Shown here: one piece after another, positions 40,201-53,797 of the stretch
How the letters are laid out: every line of letters begins with the position of its first letter
How positions within the stretch are numbered: the first letter of the stretch is position 1
Assembly: GCA_951406725.2 (NCBI GenBank)
Contig: OX597819.1
Coordinates: forward strand, 12,276,001-12,340,000
Length of the DNA stretch: 64,000 bases
From: Octopus vulgaris
Taxonomy: Eukaryota
Reading direction: 5' to 3'
The notes under the pieces: generated by a model
The model's input: the letters and a program-made list of their open reading frames with translations, nothing else
Database searches by the model: none
What the model was told of the DNA's origin: nothing
Made by a program: the position numbers and the translations under genes

Positions 40201-43200
40201 AGCTGATCAAACTCAGTTTCTATCACTGGCTCTGACTAAAAGATGCTCCTTCTAGTAAGGGACTGAAGTGGCAGAAGCATGGCTGTTTTACATAACACAT
40301 AACCAGACCAAAAACATACTAAGAAGTAAGTGAACTGACTTAGGTAGATAAAAATAAAACATTGAAAAACTTTTATCAGTGACCAATGGTAGAATTACTG
40401 CCAAACCCTCCTAAATCACTTCTTTTTTTAGAAATACACTTTGCCTAGAATAAATGGTCATGGTCACAGTTGCAATATTTGATGGCAGGCATGGCTGTGT
40501 GGTTAAGTTTGTTTCCCAACCATATTGTTTCAGGTTCAATCCCCCTGCATGGAACCTTAAAGTGTCTGCTATTATAACCTTGTACCAACAAAAAACTTAG
40601 AAGTAGATTTGGCAGACAAGCTGAAAAAAGTGTCATACACACACACAGATAGATGAGAGAGAGAGATATCATAATTTAATATCTATCTTCCATGCTGGTA
40701 TGGGCTGCCAAATGCTGGTGAGCCAGAGGACTGTAACACGATCCAGTGTCTGCTTTGGCATGGTTTCTGCAACTAGATCTCCTTTCTCACACCAATCACT
40801 TTACAGGGTGCTTTTTATGTGGTACTGTCACTTGTGCAGTCACCAAGCACCTCACAACATCCCTCAACCCAAGGGGTGTACACTGAGGGATGTGGCTTTA
40901 TTCCAGAGGTTAAAGTATGATAGAGAGAAACAGGTACAGGTGTTTTGTTGTAGAGAAGGTACATGATTACAAACATGTTTGCGTCTCCTTGTCTTAACAT
41001 TATGCAACTATGGTAAATGAATGTGATTCATTTCCAATATCCTCCCTATTTGTCATGGGACAACATTACCTTGCTTGGAAAGAAGGGTTGGTGACAGGAA
41101 CAGTATCCAACTGTAGAAAATCTGCCTCAATAAAGTCGGTCCAAGCATGAAAAACTGGATGGCAAAACAATGGTCATGATGATAAATCTACCTAACCAGC
41201 ATTGATATGGCGTTATTATATTTGTCATACGAATCATACTGATACAGAGCCCCCAAAAGTAATTCAGTCAAAATACACATTTTGGAGAAATTAGCCCATC
41301 CCTACAAACTGACACAGCAATTCCTACAGACCATCATCAAAACGTGAAGGATGCATCTCTACATTATGCAGCCCACACGGTTTGCAACCGATTCTGTTAG
41401 TGCCTTACTACCAAAAAGTTTTAATAACTAGTAGACCTATGAAAAAAGGCCTCCGGGATTGCTGCCTGCTCTGCATCACAACTCCACACATTAAATGAGG
41501 TGCGATGGTCACGGTTAAACTGCTTTGATTATAGGGCTGCTTGGTCCGAGATAATCTAGAGCTAAACGAGGAAGAGTGTACTTAACTAAAGAGCCTGTGT
41601 AAGTCACTCGATATGCTAGAAATAGGAGCTGAATATCACTCGAAGTCTACACAGCCATCTTAAAAAAAAAAAACCTGTTGATACATTACGACTAAATATT
41701 CGATGGAATGGTCATAACTGAGACGTAGCTAATTCAATGTTTGCTCAGAGCCGACTAAGGAATCAACAACACCGATTAGAAGAGCTAGGAATAACGGAGG
41801 ACATTTCACACAATACAAAACATTCAACACAGGAAATTATTTACCCCTCAAAATTCAGAATTCAGGAATTATATTTTATTAAGATGTAAAAACAAACATT
41901 TATCTTATCGTTGGCTAAACTAGTTCGTTTAACAAAAAATATTAAGAGCAATTAACTTATAACAAATCTTATCTCTTATAAACATTGATAAGTTGTATTA
42001 AATTAAAACTCACAAACCGAGACGTTGCGTATTTTTCTTTTTTTTAACATTTGGCAATTATAACTTGATGGTCTATATCGCCAAACGTCAAACAAAGGGA
42101 GGGGCCGCGTGAAACCTATATATATGTGCGTGTGTGTATGTATATATATATATATATATAAGGGCCAGCAAAGTTGTCAATACTGATCCCTGCTGGTAGC
42201 GGGGATCGATGTGACCAACCAAGGGGGTTGGTAAACACCTGAAACGATTTTGAGCATTAAGGGCACTGAAATTATTTGCAGAATGAATCTAGACGAGTAT
42301 GGCTAATTTAAGGCTAAAAACCACTAATTTCCAACCAAATATCAATGCAATATCCATTAGTATTCACCAAACACGTATTTCACATTAAATATTCCGGTTA
42401 TATCAATATAACAGGACTGAATTTTTATTGTTCTTTATCAATTTCGTTAAGTATTTTCATTAAATTTCTTTCAATATTGTTTTTCAAAAGCAGTAATGAC
42501 ACCAAAGAACGAAGGAAATTGTTTTCTTAATTATACTTTATAAATTTAATTTAGAAATTTATAGGATGGGTGTAACTGATCTAAGAAGTTTGCCAACACC
42601 TGGTTCTTCAATTTTCTTTTCATTCTATTTTATTTATAAGGAAAGACATATTGGATAATGCAGTCCTAGAACGACAATCTGAAAATAAGACCGACTAAAA
42701 CGCCTTTTATCAAAACGTCCACTGGATCAGGGCTAACCTGGGGTCGAACACCACCACCAACAATTATTTCAATATTTTATGATATTTACTCCACTGTATT
42801 ACTAATATTTCTCAAAATGTTGGCTTTTCCTTCTTTCAAAACAACTCCTTTATGAGGGTATCGTGTGCTTATATATGTATTATACACACACTAATATCAT
42901 ATATATATATATATATACATACATACATACATACCGCACCTTGGTTGTCGAGACATACCGGTCAACATTGAAGGAACAGACCAATGGAAAAGAGTAAGCA
43001 TAAAGCCGTAAACAGACCGTGGTTTTCTTTTAAGGGGTACCTAGAATGAGGGATAATTTGAGAGATATGTACCAGCTATTTTTCTACCAGGTAAAGGTTG
43101 TTTCAAACAAAATACAAATCACGACCATCCCACACTTCTTTGTATTCTAACGATTCTTTTCAATGTAGTATATCAAATAAAATGAAATATACTGGAAAAA

Positions 43201-43280
43201 TTCCCACACACTTCTCTCTCTCTCTCGCTCATATATACATTTATATATATATAGATAGATAGATAGATATGGTAAAAAAA

Positions 43281-43512
43281 AAGGCGACGAACTGGCAGAA
43301 TCGTCAGCACGCTGGGCGAAATGCTTAGCGGTATTTCGTCTGCCGCTACGTTCTGAGTTCAAATTCCGCTGAGGTCGACTTTGCCTTTCATCCTTTCGGG
43401 GTCGATAAATTAAGTACCAGTTACGCATTGGGGTCGATGTAATCGACTTAATACCTATGTCTGTCCTTGTTTGTCCCCTCTGTGTTTAGCCCCTTGTGGG
43501 TAGTAAAGAAAT
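43281..43512 (+). mobile_element. tRNA-derived SINE family C with Meta-like central domain; copies at 22700-22929, 23115-23347, 26410-26579, 28135-28350, 30313-30530, 53481-53683, 60838-61062
   Basis: gcctttcatcctttcggggtcgataaattaagtaccag core. TSDs include ATAGATATGGTAAAAAAAAA and TAGATATGACTGTGTGGT. Confidence 0.88.
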
Positions 43513-44432
43513 AGATATGGTAAAAAAAAATAAATGTATTAAGCCACTTTATTTGTTGTTGTTGGTGAGGCTCCAGTGAGCTGCCGGTAGTATTAAACAC
43601 CCACCGAAAATATGTAAACAAGAGACTAACAAAAAAGCCGTGAAAATTAGTGACTTAGCAAGGCGAGAGAAAGAAAAATAGTTGTTATTGTAAAAGAAGA
43701 AAAATCGAAAATAGATATCTTTTGTCTCAACAAAGACGGGAATGTTTTTTTTTAGGGGTGGTGCTTTCTGTTTTCTGTTATATAGAAAATAAAAGCCGAC
43801 AGGTGTAGGCGAATTAGTATTAGCATATTATTAAGGAATGTCATTATATTGCTTGGAAGAACAAAATGACAAAATCCCAGCGGATTTAAGTGAATTGTGT
43901 GGCGAGGACCCGAAATAAATATACAACATAATACTAATGTGATTCGTTGTTCTATCAAATATTTAAGGAAAAAAAACTAGTTTAAATAAAGAGTTGCTGA
44001 AGGAACCGATGCGAAATTTATAGAAGTATTTTGTCTTTCTTTTCGGTGAGTAAAAACAAAACGACGTTTCAGGAAGAAGAAGAAAAAATAATAGAAAGAG
44101 CTGAGTTAAGTACAGTAGTCGGAAGTGCAGGGGAAAAACACAACAGAAATACTAGAATGGTTCTAAAATGGGGGGTCAGAATATAACCGTCGACGTTTTG
44201 TAAACTGGTCCCTCAATTCCTGGCCCGTTGATTGTAGTCAGCGCACTGCTTGCCACGTTGTCGGAGAACATCGTTATATATTCATAAACAAGACGAGTTA
44301 GGTGTTTAAAAACTAGCAATTTCGCTAAGAAAAAGAGCAATGCTGGCTTGAAATGCCACGAGGAAAGAAATACGAAAGATTCATAGGTTCAATTCTGATA
44401 AAACATGCAGAATAAAACACGAGCAAACTTAC

Positions 44433-44461
44433 CGGATTAGACATGTACAGGAGAGCGCCAT
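44433..44461 (-). CDS. GANAB: GANAB coding exon 1 (MALSCTCLI/R)
   Basis: aaacATGG context, 29 coding nt, then CG|GTAAGT donor (phase 2) that joins in frame to exon 2. Lies in a CpG-retaining region. The short phase-2 first exon mirrors vertebrate GANAB. Confidence 0.8.
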
Positions 44462-44470
44462 GTTTCATAT

Positions 44471-44510
44471 ACTACGTAGTTCTACGTAGAGAATTCTGAT
44501 TGGTTGAGAC
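44471..44510 (-). promoter_or_regulatory. GANAB proximal promoter: CCAAT box / ERSE-like element and ACGT palindromes
   Basis: Minus strand reads CCAAT-cagaattct-CTACG (44503..44485) versus the ERSE consensus CCAAT-N9-CCACG. The surrounding ~43.5-45.4 kb keeps many CpGs. Confidence 0.55.
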
Positions 44511-45863
44511 AGGACCAACAACAGATTTATTAGAAAGAAGCGTGGAGTGCGCACAGTTACCGATTTTCAACTATGGAAGAGCAGAAGTGAATGTTCTCGT
44601 ATCTTCTTACCGGCTTAACGAAACGCCTATTTCTCTAAAACAAAAGAAACTAATTGAATTTCCTTTTTGTTGTTTTTTATTAAATTCTTTTCAGTTGTTG
44701 CTAGCTGATATGTAGAATCTTGTTTTAAGCCAATATAAGGCAGATTTAAAACAGGAAGGAATTTTAAAAAAACACACAAATAAATAACGTATCAACCCCT
44801 TCGCTCGTTCATTCATTCATTCGTGCTGAAGTCGGGCAGGAATTCGATTAAATGCTTGAAAGACTGATTCACGTTGAAATCAAAGTTTAAAAAAAATTTT
44901 TAATCACAACTAGACCTTGAAGAAGCTCAGATAATGTTTAGTCCTAACCGAAGTGATTAACGGCATGATGTAATTATTTCGTATGGTATCCAGTGTTATA
45001 TTAGCTAAAGTTCACTTTTCTTTACATGGTTTCACTTGAGGAAAATTTGGCTGCTACTTCTAGCAGATCGACCAATCATGTAGAGGCTCCTGTTTTGGCT
45101 CGTTCAGTCTCTTGGTTTCGTAATCAAAATCAATAGTACGTTATTTGATTAAGTACGAAACCTTTTTTCCCTGCGGTAGCATATAATCCGTCAGATGTTC
45201 ACAATAAATTAAAGGGTTTTATTTCATCGATCCAGACAATTTGAATACGAAACCAATTACAGGAATGTATTTAGACCGACGTCTTTCATATCTCGCGGTA
45301 TGCACCCAGTGAACCGAATCAATGATTCAGTTTCAATCCTTGTCTGAATTAAATCCGTAAAAATCGTTCCAAATAAACGTCAGCGTAACACATAATCTCA
45401 TTTTCCAACACGAAGGTCTGCGAACCATCTTTCTAGTTTCTAGACTCAATTCTCTCTCCATATATATATATATATATTCTTTCTTTTATTCTTTTACTTG
45501 TTTCAGTCATTTGACTGCGGCCATGCTGGAGCACCGCCTTTAGTCGAGCAAATGGACCCCAGGACTTACTCTTTGTAAACCTAGTACTTATTCTATCGGT
45601 CTATTTTGCTGAACCGCTAAGTTACGGGCCGTAAACACACCAGCATCGGTTGTCAAACGATGGTGGGGGAACAAACACGCACGCATGCACACACACACAC
45701 ACACACACTATATATATATATACGATAGGCTTCATTCAGTTTCCATCTACCATATCCACTCACAAGGCTTTGGTCAGCCCGAGGCGATAGTAGAAGACAC
45801 TCGCCCAAGGTGCCATGCAGTAGGACTGAACCCAGAACTATGTGGTTAGTTAGCAAGCTACTT

Positions 45864-47693
45864 TATTTCAAAGAATTGGCCATAAAGGCCGTACATAGAA
45901 GAAGATGCGGGCTGGACAAAACACAAGATGAAATGAATAGAAAAAATGAATAAACGAAATTGGTGAAGGCAGACGATGCCTGCCGATCGCTGCTTCCCAA
46001 AATCATTGTTCTTTTTTTTTTTAAACAAATTGAGGTTATAAACCTCTTACATTGGTTCATTTGGACACAAGGCCCTTAAAAATGAGGCACTAAGCCTCTT
46101 ACATTTTTCAAAAATGGGTTGTACACCCTTACAACGCGAAGCACTAAGACCTCTTAACTTTTTTTGCTATTATTTTCTTGCCTGCTGATACCCGACCAGG
46201 CTCAATGCCTCAATGGTGCTAGGTCGGGGTGCTTCAGCAGGAAGTGAAACATGTCTTCAGGGAAGGAGTCCATCACCTTGCAAAGACCTGTATCCCAAAT
46301 GACCTCCACAGCTAGCTTTGTAGTTCATTCAGGATCCTTAGTGCAGGTTAGAACCCCTCCCCCCGATCTTCTTTGACAAACTTTTGAACTGCCCCTCCCT
46401 TGTGGAAGAAAACCAAAAATTCCTCCTCCAAATGGAGGGAGGCTACAGCTTCCTCTGTTGGTGGCACAATTCCCACCGACGGGGCTTCAGAAATTTCCGG
46501 CAATGGCCTGTTTTTCTTCTTTTTTTGCTTATTTTTACCATGGGAAGGTGGAGCTCCTCCGTTTTGTCAGGGAGATTTTCGTTCCCTCCCACAGTTTCAG
46601 TTTCCTTTTTAGGATCCCTCAGTGGGCAGCCATTGTTACCCACCTTCTTCCTCTTTCTTCTCTTTTTTGAGGAGGCTTCCACCTCCTCGACCATCTCCAT
46701 CTCTCCTGAATGAGGAGTGGGAGGCACTTCTTCAACTAACTGCTCCAGTATCACTGAATACCTGTTACCAGCCATAGTCAAAAGATCTGGAAAAACCAGA
46801 TTTCTTGCAGCTGATTGGGTCCACAGGACCAAAACAGCTTTTGACCCGCCAGCAACAACTTCACATTCAACAGCTTGGGTCCGCTGCCACCTAGACCCCG
46901 GCGGATAGTATCTTCTATCCACTCAGGTTCCATTCCAGGTGGCAATCCACAGACCCAAGCTCTTGTTAATTTCTTCCCACAATATGTGGGAAGAAACAGA
47001 ATCTCTTGCCCTTCCAAGGGCTGGCTCACAAACCTGTGAGCCTCCTCAGGGGTGTCAAACAGCAGCCACACTGTTGCATATTTGGCACCCCTGGAAATAA
47101 ATCTTATGGTTGGCAGATACTCTGCCAACTCTTTTTCAATATCTATTTTTTTTAAGACGGCGATGGTGTTGAGCAACTTTGAGTATGTCCTCAACACCAC
47201 TATCCTCTCCTCAAAGTTTTTCACCCACTCTTTGAGTGGGACAATCTCCCACTCCAAAGCAGTGTCCTTCTTCTTCGCCATATTCATTTAGAAAAATGTT
47301 CAAAAAATCAAGAAAAAAGAAAGAAAAGAAGAAGGAAAGAAGACAGGTCACAGACACAGTGAACACAATTCTGGCTAACTGGTACTCTACAGGAACAGGA
47401 ACACAGCTCCACAAATTTCACCTAAAATTTGGTGGAAAAAAATTCCACAATTTTTTGGAGGCCCCAAAACAACAGTCTTCTCACAGCTAAGTGAGACACT
47501 TAGTGCAACTACAGGCAGACAAATGCCCAGAATCCAGTAGGGATTTCTTGTTCGAGAAAAATAAACAATAAACAACAAACCCTCACTGAATCCAAAAAAA
47601 CAAATGCCTTCAATAGTTCAACAATTCATGATGCTGCATACCAACATCGTGACACCATTTAGTGAAAGGAAAACACTGACACGCGCATGCAAA
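45864..47693 (-). mobile_element. ORF1-only non-LTR retroelement (HAL1-like, L1/Tx1-type ORF1), frameshifted
   Basis: 15-bp TSD GT(T/A)AGCAAGCTACTT at 45849-45863 and 47694-47708 splits a SINE. AATAAA sits at the 3' end. Overlapping ORFs 46778..47287 and 46443..46922. No reverse transcriptase. Confidence 0.7.
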
Positions 47694-50600
47694 GTAAGCA
47701 AGCTACTTACCACACAGTCACTCCTGCACCTATATATATATCATCATCGTTTAACGTCCGTTCTCCATGCTAGCATGAGTTGGACGGTTCGACCAGGGAT
47801 CTGGGAATCCAGAAGGCTGCCCCAGGCTCCAGTCTTATCTGGCAATGTTTCTACAGCTGGATGCCCTTCCTAACGCCAACCACTCCGTGAGCGTAGTGGG
47901 TGCTTTTTACATGCCACCTGCACTGGTGCCAGGCGAGGCTGGCAGCGGCCACGGTCGGATTGGTGCATTTTACGTGCCACCTGCACGGAAGCCAGTCGAG
48001 GCGGCACTGGCTTCGGCCACGATTTGGATGGTGCTTTTTACGTGCCACCGACACGGAAGCCAGTCGAGGCGATATATATATATATATATATATATATTCA
48101 AATTATCAGTGATCAGAATTGGCAATCATTACAACGAGGGACAGAATGCTTCATTTGTTCTTACTTTCTATGTTTGAGTTCAAATCCTATTGATGCCAAC
48201 ATTTCCCTTCATCTGTTGTACAAATTCAAGGTTGTAGATTGGCAAAACTGTAAAAACCTTGGGCCTTGTGGTATTTCTTCCACCTCTATGCTTTCTGCAT
48301 TCAAATTCTGCCATTACCCCTTGGGTGGCAGACCAAACCTCTCACCTGGTTTGACACCCATCTGGCACCTTGGCTGCCTTCAGTGGAGTTCATTCTGTTG
48401 CAAGTATTTGGACCCCAAGTCTCTGGTTTGAAGATACCTCCCTTTTTTCCCTCCTCTGCATCAAGAAGCTTTGAAAACAGTAACAACCCTCAGGTCCATA
48501 TATTCAATCAAGCTGATTATGTTTGGAGACTGAAAAGCTTCTTAAAACATCGTTATCAGCTCATCCAGGTCAACTAATCCTTGTCCACAAGAAACATGGC
48601 TTCCTTTTCAAAGTTTTTAATCTGTCAATCTTCTCCGGCAACTGAGCAGAAACACAAAGTAAACCCATCTTGGAACACTGTTCTGGTGATCTGCCATTTA
48701 TTTGATAAACTTATATGAGGAAGATAAGATTTAGAGAAACCTTTCATATCTAATGTTGTCTTAAGAGGATAAAGAACCAGTGGTTTGAGGTTCTTGAAAT
48801 ATTGTCACCAAGAAAGAAAGTCACATGATTTCTGAGAGCCTTGAACCCTGGTGCAGTTTTTTCCTTCTAATTTGGTATTTGTTTCCAAAACAGGTTTGTT
48901 TCACTTACTTGAAAATATTTGCTGCAGTGTGTGTCCTGCTATGTCTATGATAATTTTCTGTATTTTTGTCAATACTTCTACACTGATCTCTGGTCTATTT
49001 ATCTTACAATTCTGAGCAATTCTTGAGACATTCAAACCAATCACAGCTTGCCACAAAGCTTTGACTTTCAATGCCAGAATCACATATTTTGAGATCATTC
49101 CATAAACTTAATGCTTTCATTTGGCAAGTATAGTGAGTTACATTAATTCATTTTCTTTATCCCTATATTCCATTTTGCTGGGTCTATTCCAAGCTAATTG
49201 TGTAGCAGTTAAAGATGTTACACTTTCGGATTTTTTTTTTAATGTTACAGCAGATTTTCCAAACAGTTGTTGGCCACAGACCAAGAACTCATCCCATATC
49301 TACAGCTCATTATCCAACACCAAATCTTTGTAACACTTCTAAGTTAGTTTCTAATGCTACTCTTTTTGAGTTGGCTTCTTTTTTCTTTTTTCATTCATAA
49401 GTAGCAGTAGCGCAAGATGTATTTTTCGTTGCCATTGCAACAGTGATAAATCAAGGAATAAATATTTGCAGAAAACAAATTCTAGGGTGTACCATCTACC
49501 ACCTAATACTTCAAAACTGGCTCAACTACTTCGTTTTAATTGTAATGAAAGAATATTTTGGTTGATAGACAGAACAAAACTCTGGGATGGATGTCTATAT
49601 ACACAAATATTTATTTTATCATTAACAAAAAAAAAAAAATGCTGTCATTGTGACAAATGATAGAAAATATTTACACCAAGTGAAGCAGTGATAGTAGCCG
49701 TATAGCTAGGTGAGAGGCATAAATTCCTGCAGCAAGTTGGCTTTAGCTGCATTATGGCCACTAGCCAAATGAGCTATATATATCTAATGGTCTGTCAAAG
49801 AAAGGATGCCAAAGACAAGATTGTTAATAATATTTCAATGCATTGCTTACAATAACTGCAATTCTAACAGGTTAAACATTTGCTGGTCAGCCCAGCTACT
49901 GGTAAAAGCAAGTTTTTAATGAGTCTTCCAGAGACTTAAATTGTTTGCTGACATCATCAATCCCTGACCGAATTCTGTTGACTTTTCTCTGCATATGCTA
50001 AATAGAAATATGAAGATAGTTTACATTATTGAGAACAAATAAAGAAGAAAGAATGAGATTGCTTTATCCCAAAGCTGACTGACATAGCTTCCAATAGTAC
50101 ATCGGGTCATCGTGTTGGGGAGTTTGAAATCCCAATATTTTTTATAACACCAAACAGAGTTTCTAGAATATTCAACCAAGCTATTGCCAGGAAGATTCCT
50201 GTTCAGTTGGTTGCACACCAGTTGACCTGACTGACTGTGCTATGTTTGCAAAAGTGTTAATGTCTTTTATGACAACACTGTTTCATAACTGGCCTTGCCT
50301 TTTATGGCAATATTGTAGGCAATGGTCCTGAGCTGGGGAACCTGAGTGTAATAGTTTAAAACTCAATGAGAATCTTGAGTTTTATGTGACATAATGCTTT
50401 TCTTTTTAAGATGGATTTGAAACAATTATTTAATGATAGTTAATCTATTTACCATTTATATTCAAAAAATAAAACTTCCGTTCTTCACCCATGAAAAGAG
50501 TTTCACATTTTGCTTTTGTGTAACATACAAGCACATAGCATAATAAGTGGAGGCGCATGGCCTAGTGGTTAGAGCAGTGAACTCGCGGTCGAGGGATTGT

Positions 50601-52189
50601 GGGTTCGAATTTCAGACCGGGCAATGTGTATGTTTATGAGCGAAACATCTAAGCTCCATGCGGCTCCAGAAGAAGGTAATGGTGAACTTCTGCTGACTCT
50701 TTCCTCCTGCATCTTGCAGCTCACCTGCGACGGACCAGTGGGGAACCTATACGCCAAAGAAACCGGCCCTTATGAGCCAGGCGTGGCTCGAGAAGGAACA
50801 AACAACATAGCATAATAAATGGAATAATATTGTAGATTCTTAGAATTATTGCTTAGCTCCAAATCAGTTATGATCATGCGAATTTACAAGCAAAAATTTT
50901 CCAACCATAGCAATTTTGTCTTATATTCAGATAAAGTGTATGAATGTATCTAGGACTACTTTTTCCAAATGCTTACACCTACTCTTATTTAAGACAGTAA
51001 GGTGTGTGTATTTGAGGGAGATTCAACAACTTTTTCTAGTAGATTAAGCAATCATATGGAAGTACTCACACTGACTCATTGTCAAATAGTGTGGTGGTGG
51101 TGGTAATGACAGTGGTTTGTGATGCAGTAACCAAACACCCAGTCATCATACAATGATTCAAGGCTGAACTTACATGTGTTCTCTTAGGGTCTTCAAAGAC
51201 TTGAAATCATCACTGCAAGCTAACAAAAACACTTGTAATTTTGACTGTGCCCCCTACAGTGTTTTTTCCCATTGGTTGCAAACCTTTCCTAAACTCATTA
51301 CTTATAGTCACACCACCACCACCACTGTATGCTTTAATATGTATGTGGGTTATTGAAAATTAAGTGTTCTGGTTTGGAACATAGCTTTGTGTCACTGAAA
51401 GGTGAGGAAACTTGTTCATCAATACTATGACTTGTTCTCAAACTCTTCTTTAACCTCAGAAATTTATTGGACCCAGCTTTTAATTCTCAAACAAAATAAA
51501 ACTTCCCTTGGCTGTAGTACAAGTCTATTGCAAGTATTTCTAGAATTACATCATTTACTTACCCTCAGCCCAAACAATGCTTTTACTTTCTCTCATTTCC
51601 CTTCCTTTAGATGAAACGCAAAACTTGTGACATTAGATACTTCATGGCAACTGAGCTTATTGAATTCTCTTGTTTCCAGCAGCTTAAATGAACTGGAGCA
51701 TGTAGAATATAGTGTTCTTCATTAAGATTCAACAAAGCAGTTGGTTTGATCACACAAAGTCAATGTAAATAGCAAAATAAATATAAAAATTACAATAAAA
51801 AAAAGAAGCAATATAAAGGGTGAAATCTAGCAAAAATTGACCTCTGAAGAGAAATATTCTTAGCTAGATATTGTCACCATGTACTTTTAATTTAGCTTTC
51901 AGCTGAGAGTGAAGGGCATTTATCCCTCTACAAGGTCTCTGAGAGAAAGGGATGCTGAAACTAGAAATCAGGTCTGAATGTCTGCTAACAGAGTGGATAC
52001 CACAAAAAGTACCCAACAGGCCAAGTGATGGTGATAAACTGGGTGCTTGGTTAAGTCTGTTAATCATTACTGAGAAGGAGGGCATGTAGAATAAAGTGTG
52101 AAGCTTGAAGACAAAATGAAATATATGCAATGGATTTGAATACATGAACAACCACCACCATTGGAATTAATTAACAAAGACAAGAAAAA

Positions 52190-52718
52190 ATATAGCGTAA
52201 AGATCTCTAACTGTGGAGGGAACCTGTGACAGAGGTAGACCCAGGAAGACATGGGACAAGGTGGTGAAGCATGATTTATGAACATTGGACTAAGACCTTT
52301 GGTGATATGCTGTGCTTGGGAAGACCCATCAAGCCAAGTGAAATCATAGTTTTGGCTGATACTGGCGTCACATAACTGGCACCCATGCTGGTGGCACGTA
52401 AAAAGCACCTTTCAAGTATTGGGCCTCATGGAGGCAATGACTGAGGCTTTTGGTATTATGTCATGCTTAAGAAGTCCCATCAAGCCAAGCAAAATTGCAG
52501 TCACAGCAGATACCGGTGTCATGCAAATGGCACCTGTGCCGGTGACATGTAAAAGCACCCATTACACTCTTGGAGTGGTTAGCGTTAGGAAGGACATCCA
52601 GCCATAGAAACCATGCCAAATCAGACTAGAGTTTGGTACAGCCTTCCAGTTTGCTAGCCCTGGTCAAACATTCAATGTATGCCAGCATGGAAAACGGATG
52701 TTGAATGATGATGATGAT
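52190..52718 (+). mobile_element. RTE LINE 3' end; 5'-truncated relatives at 1-347, 1926-2240(-), 2640-3240, 8556-8737(-), 10785-11424, 11914-12376(-), 35330-35560, 47741-48070(-), 54590-55030(-), 59077-59546, 63514-63914(-)
   Basis: VEGTC.RGRPRKTWD.VVKHDL ORF end runs into a 3'UTR with tandem ggtggcacgtaaaaagcacc units and the ccaacccatgctagcatggaaa..(GAT)n tail. Confidence 0.82.
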
Positions 52719-53797
52719 GTTTATTGAGAACTGAACTGAAAACAGAGGGTTACCAGATTTTGATACTGGAAATAACACCTGTTTCATACTTTAGCTTCTC
52801 CTCAATGCTACACTGAGTTGATGGGTCTTGTCTTGCAAATCACTTGGTGACCCCATTAGTGTTGGTGTCACAAAAAAAAAAAAAAAATAAAGAACTCAAT
52901 ACACACTGTAAAGTGGTTGGCATCTAGTCATAGAAACCATGCCAAAGCAGATACTGGAATTTGACACTGTCCTCTGTTGTGCTGGATTCTGTTGAACCAT
53001 TCAACTGATGCCAGTATGGAAGGCAGATATTAAACGATGATGATGATTGTTATTGAAGCTAACAGGTATTAATCAGTAACAGCTAGGCTTAAAATGTTTT
53101 CTAAATGCTAATTTATATTGATTTTATGACATCCATTCAAATGAATTGATTTATGCAGCTGTATTCACACAATTGTTTTAATCTGAGATGTGTGTGTGCA
53201 TGTAGGCAACAGATTGATATAGGTGGAAGGAAAGACAGCAGAGGAGGCAAATCACAGCGAAAAATAGATATAATGAGGACAGGGGAAGAGAAAGAGAGAG
53301 AAGATAGAATGACGGGACAGGAAGACAGAAATTTGCAGAGTAGAGACAATGAAGAGTGGTGACGTGGGGTGGGAAAACTTCTATGAGAAGGTAAATGTTG
53401 ATCTTTCATAAAAACAAAATAAAAAATGCTCAGGTGCAGATCTAAGGCCTCTTGAGACCTTCAGAAACTTTGGATATTCTAAGGTGGCGAGCTGGCAGAA
53501 ACGTTAGCACGCCTGGTCGAAATGCTGAGTGGTATTTCGTCTGCCGCTACGTTTAGTTCAACTTTGCCTTTCATCCTTTTGGGGTTGATAAATTAAGTAC
53601 CAATTACACACTGGGGCCGATGTAATCCACTCAATCCGTTTGTCCCCCTCTATGTTTAGCCCCTTGTGGGCAATGTAGAAATAATAAACTTTGGATATTT
53701 TAATTAGTTTATGTAAAATTTTGCATAGGAAAACTTGTGCAGCTGCTCAACCTGCTAAAATGGCGACTAAATCTCCATTAAATCACATCCTAACATA

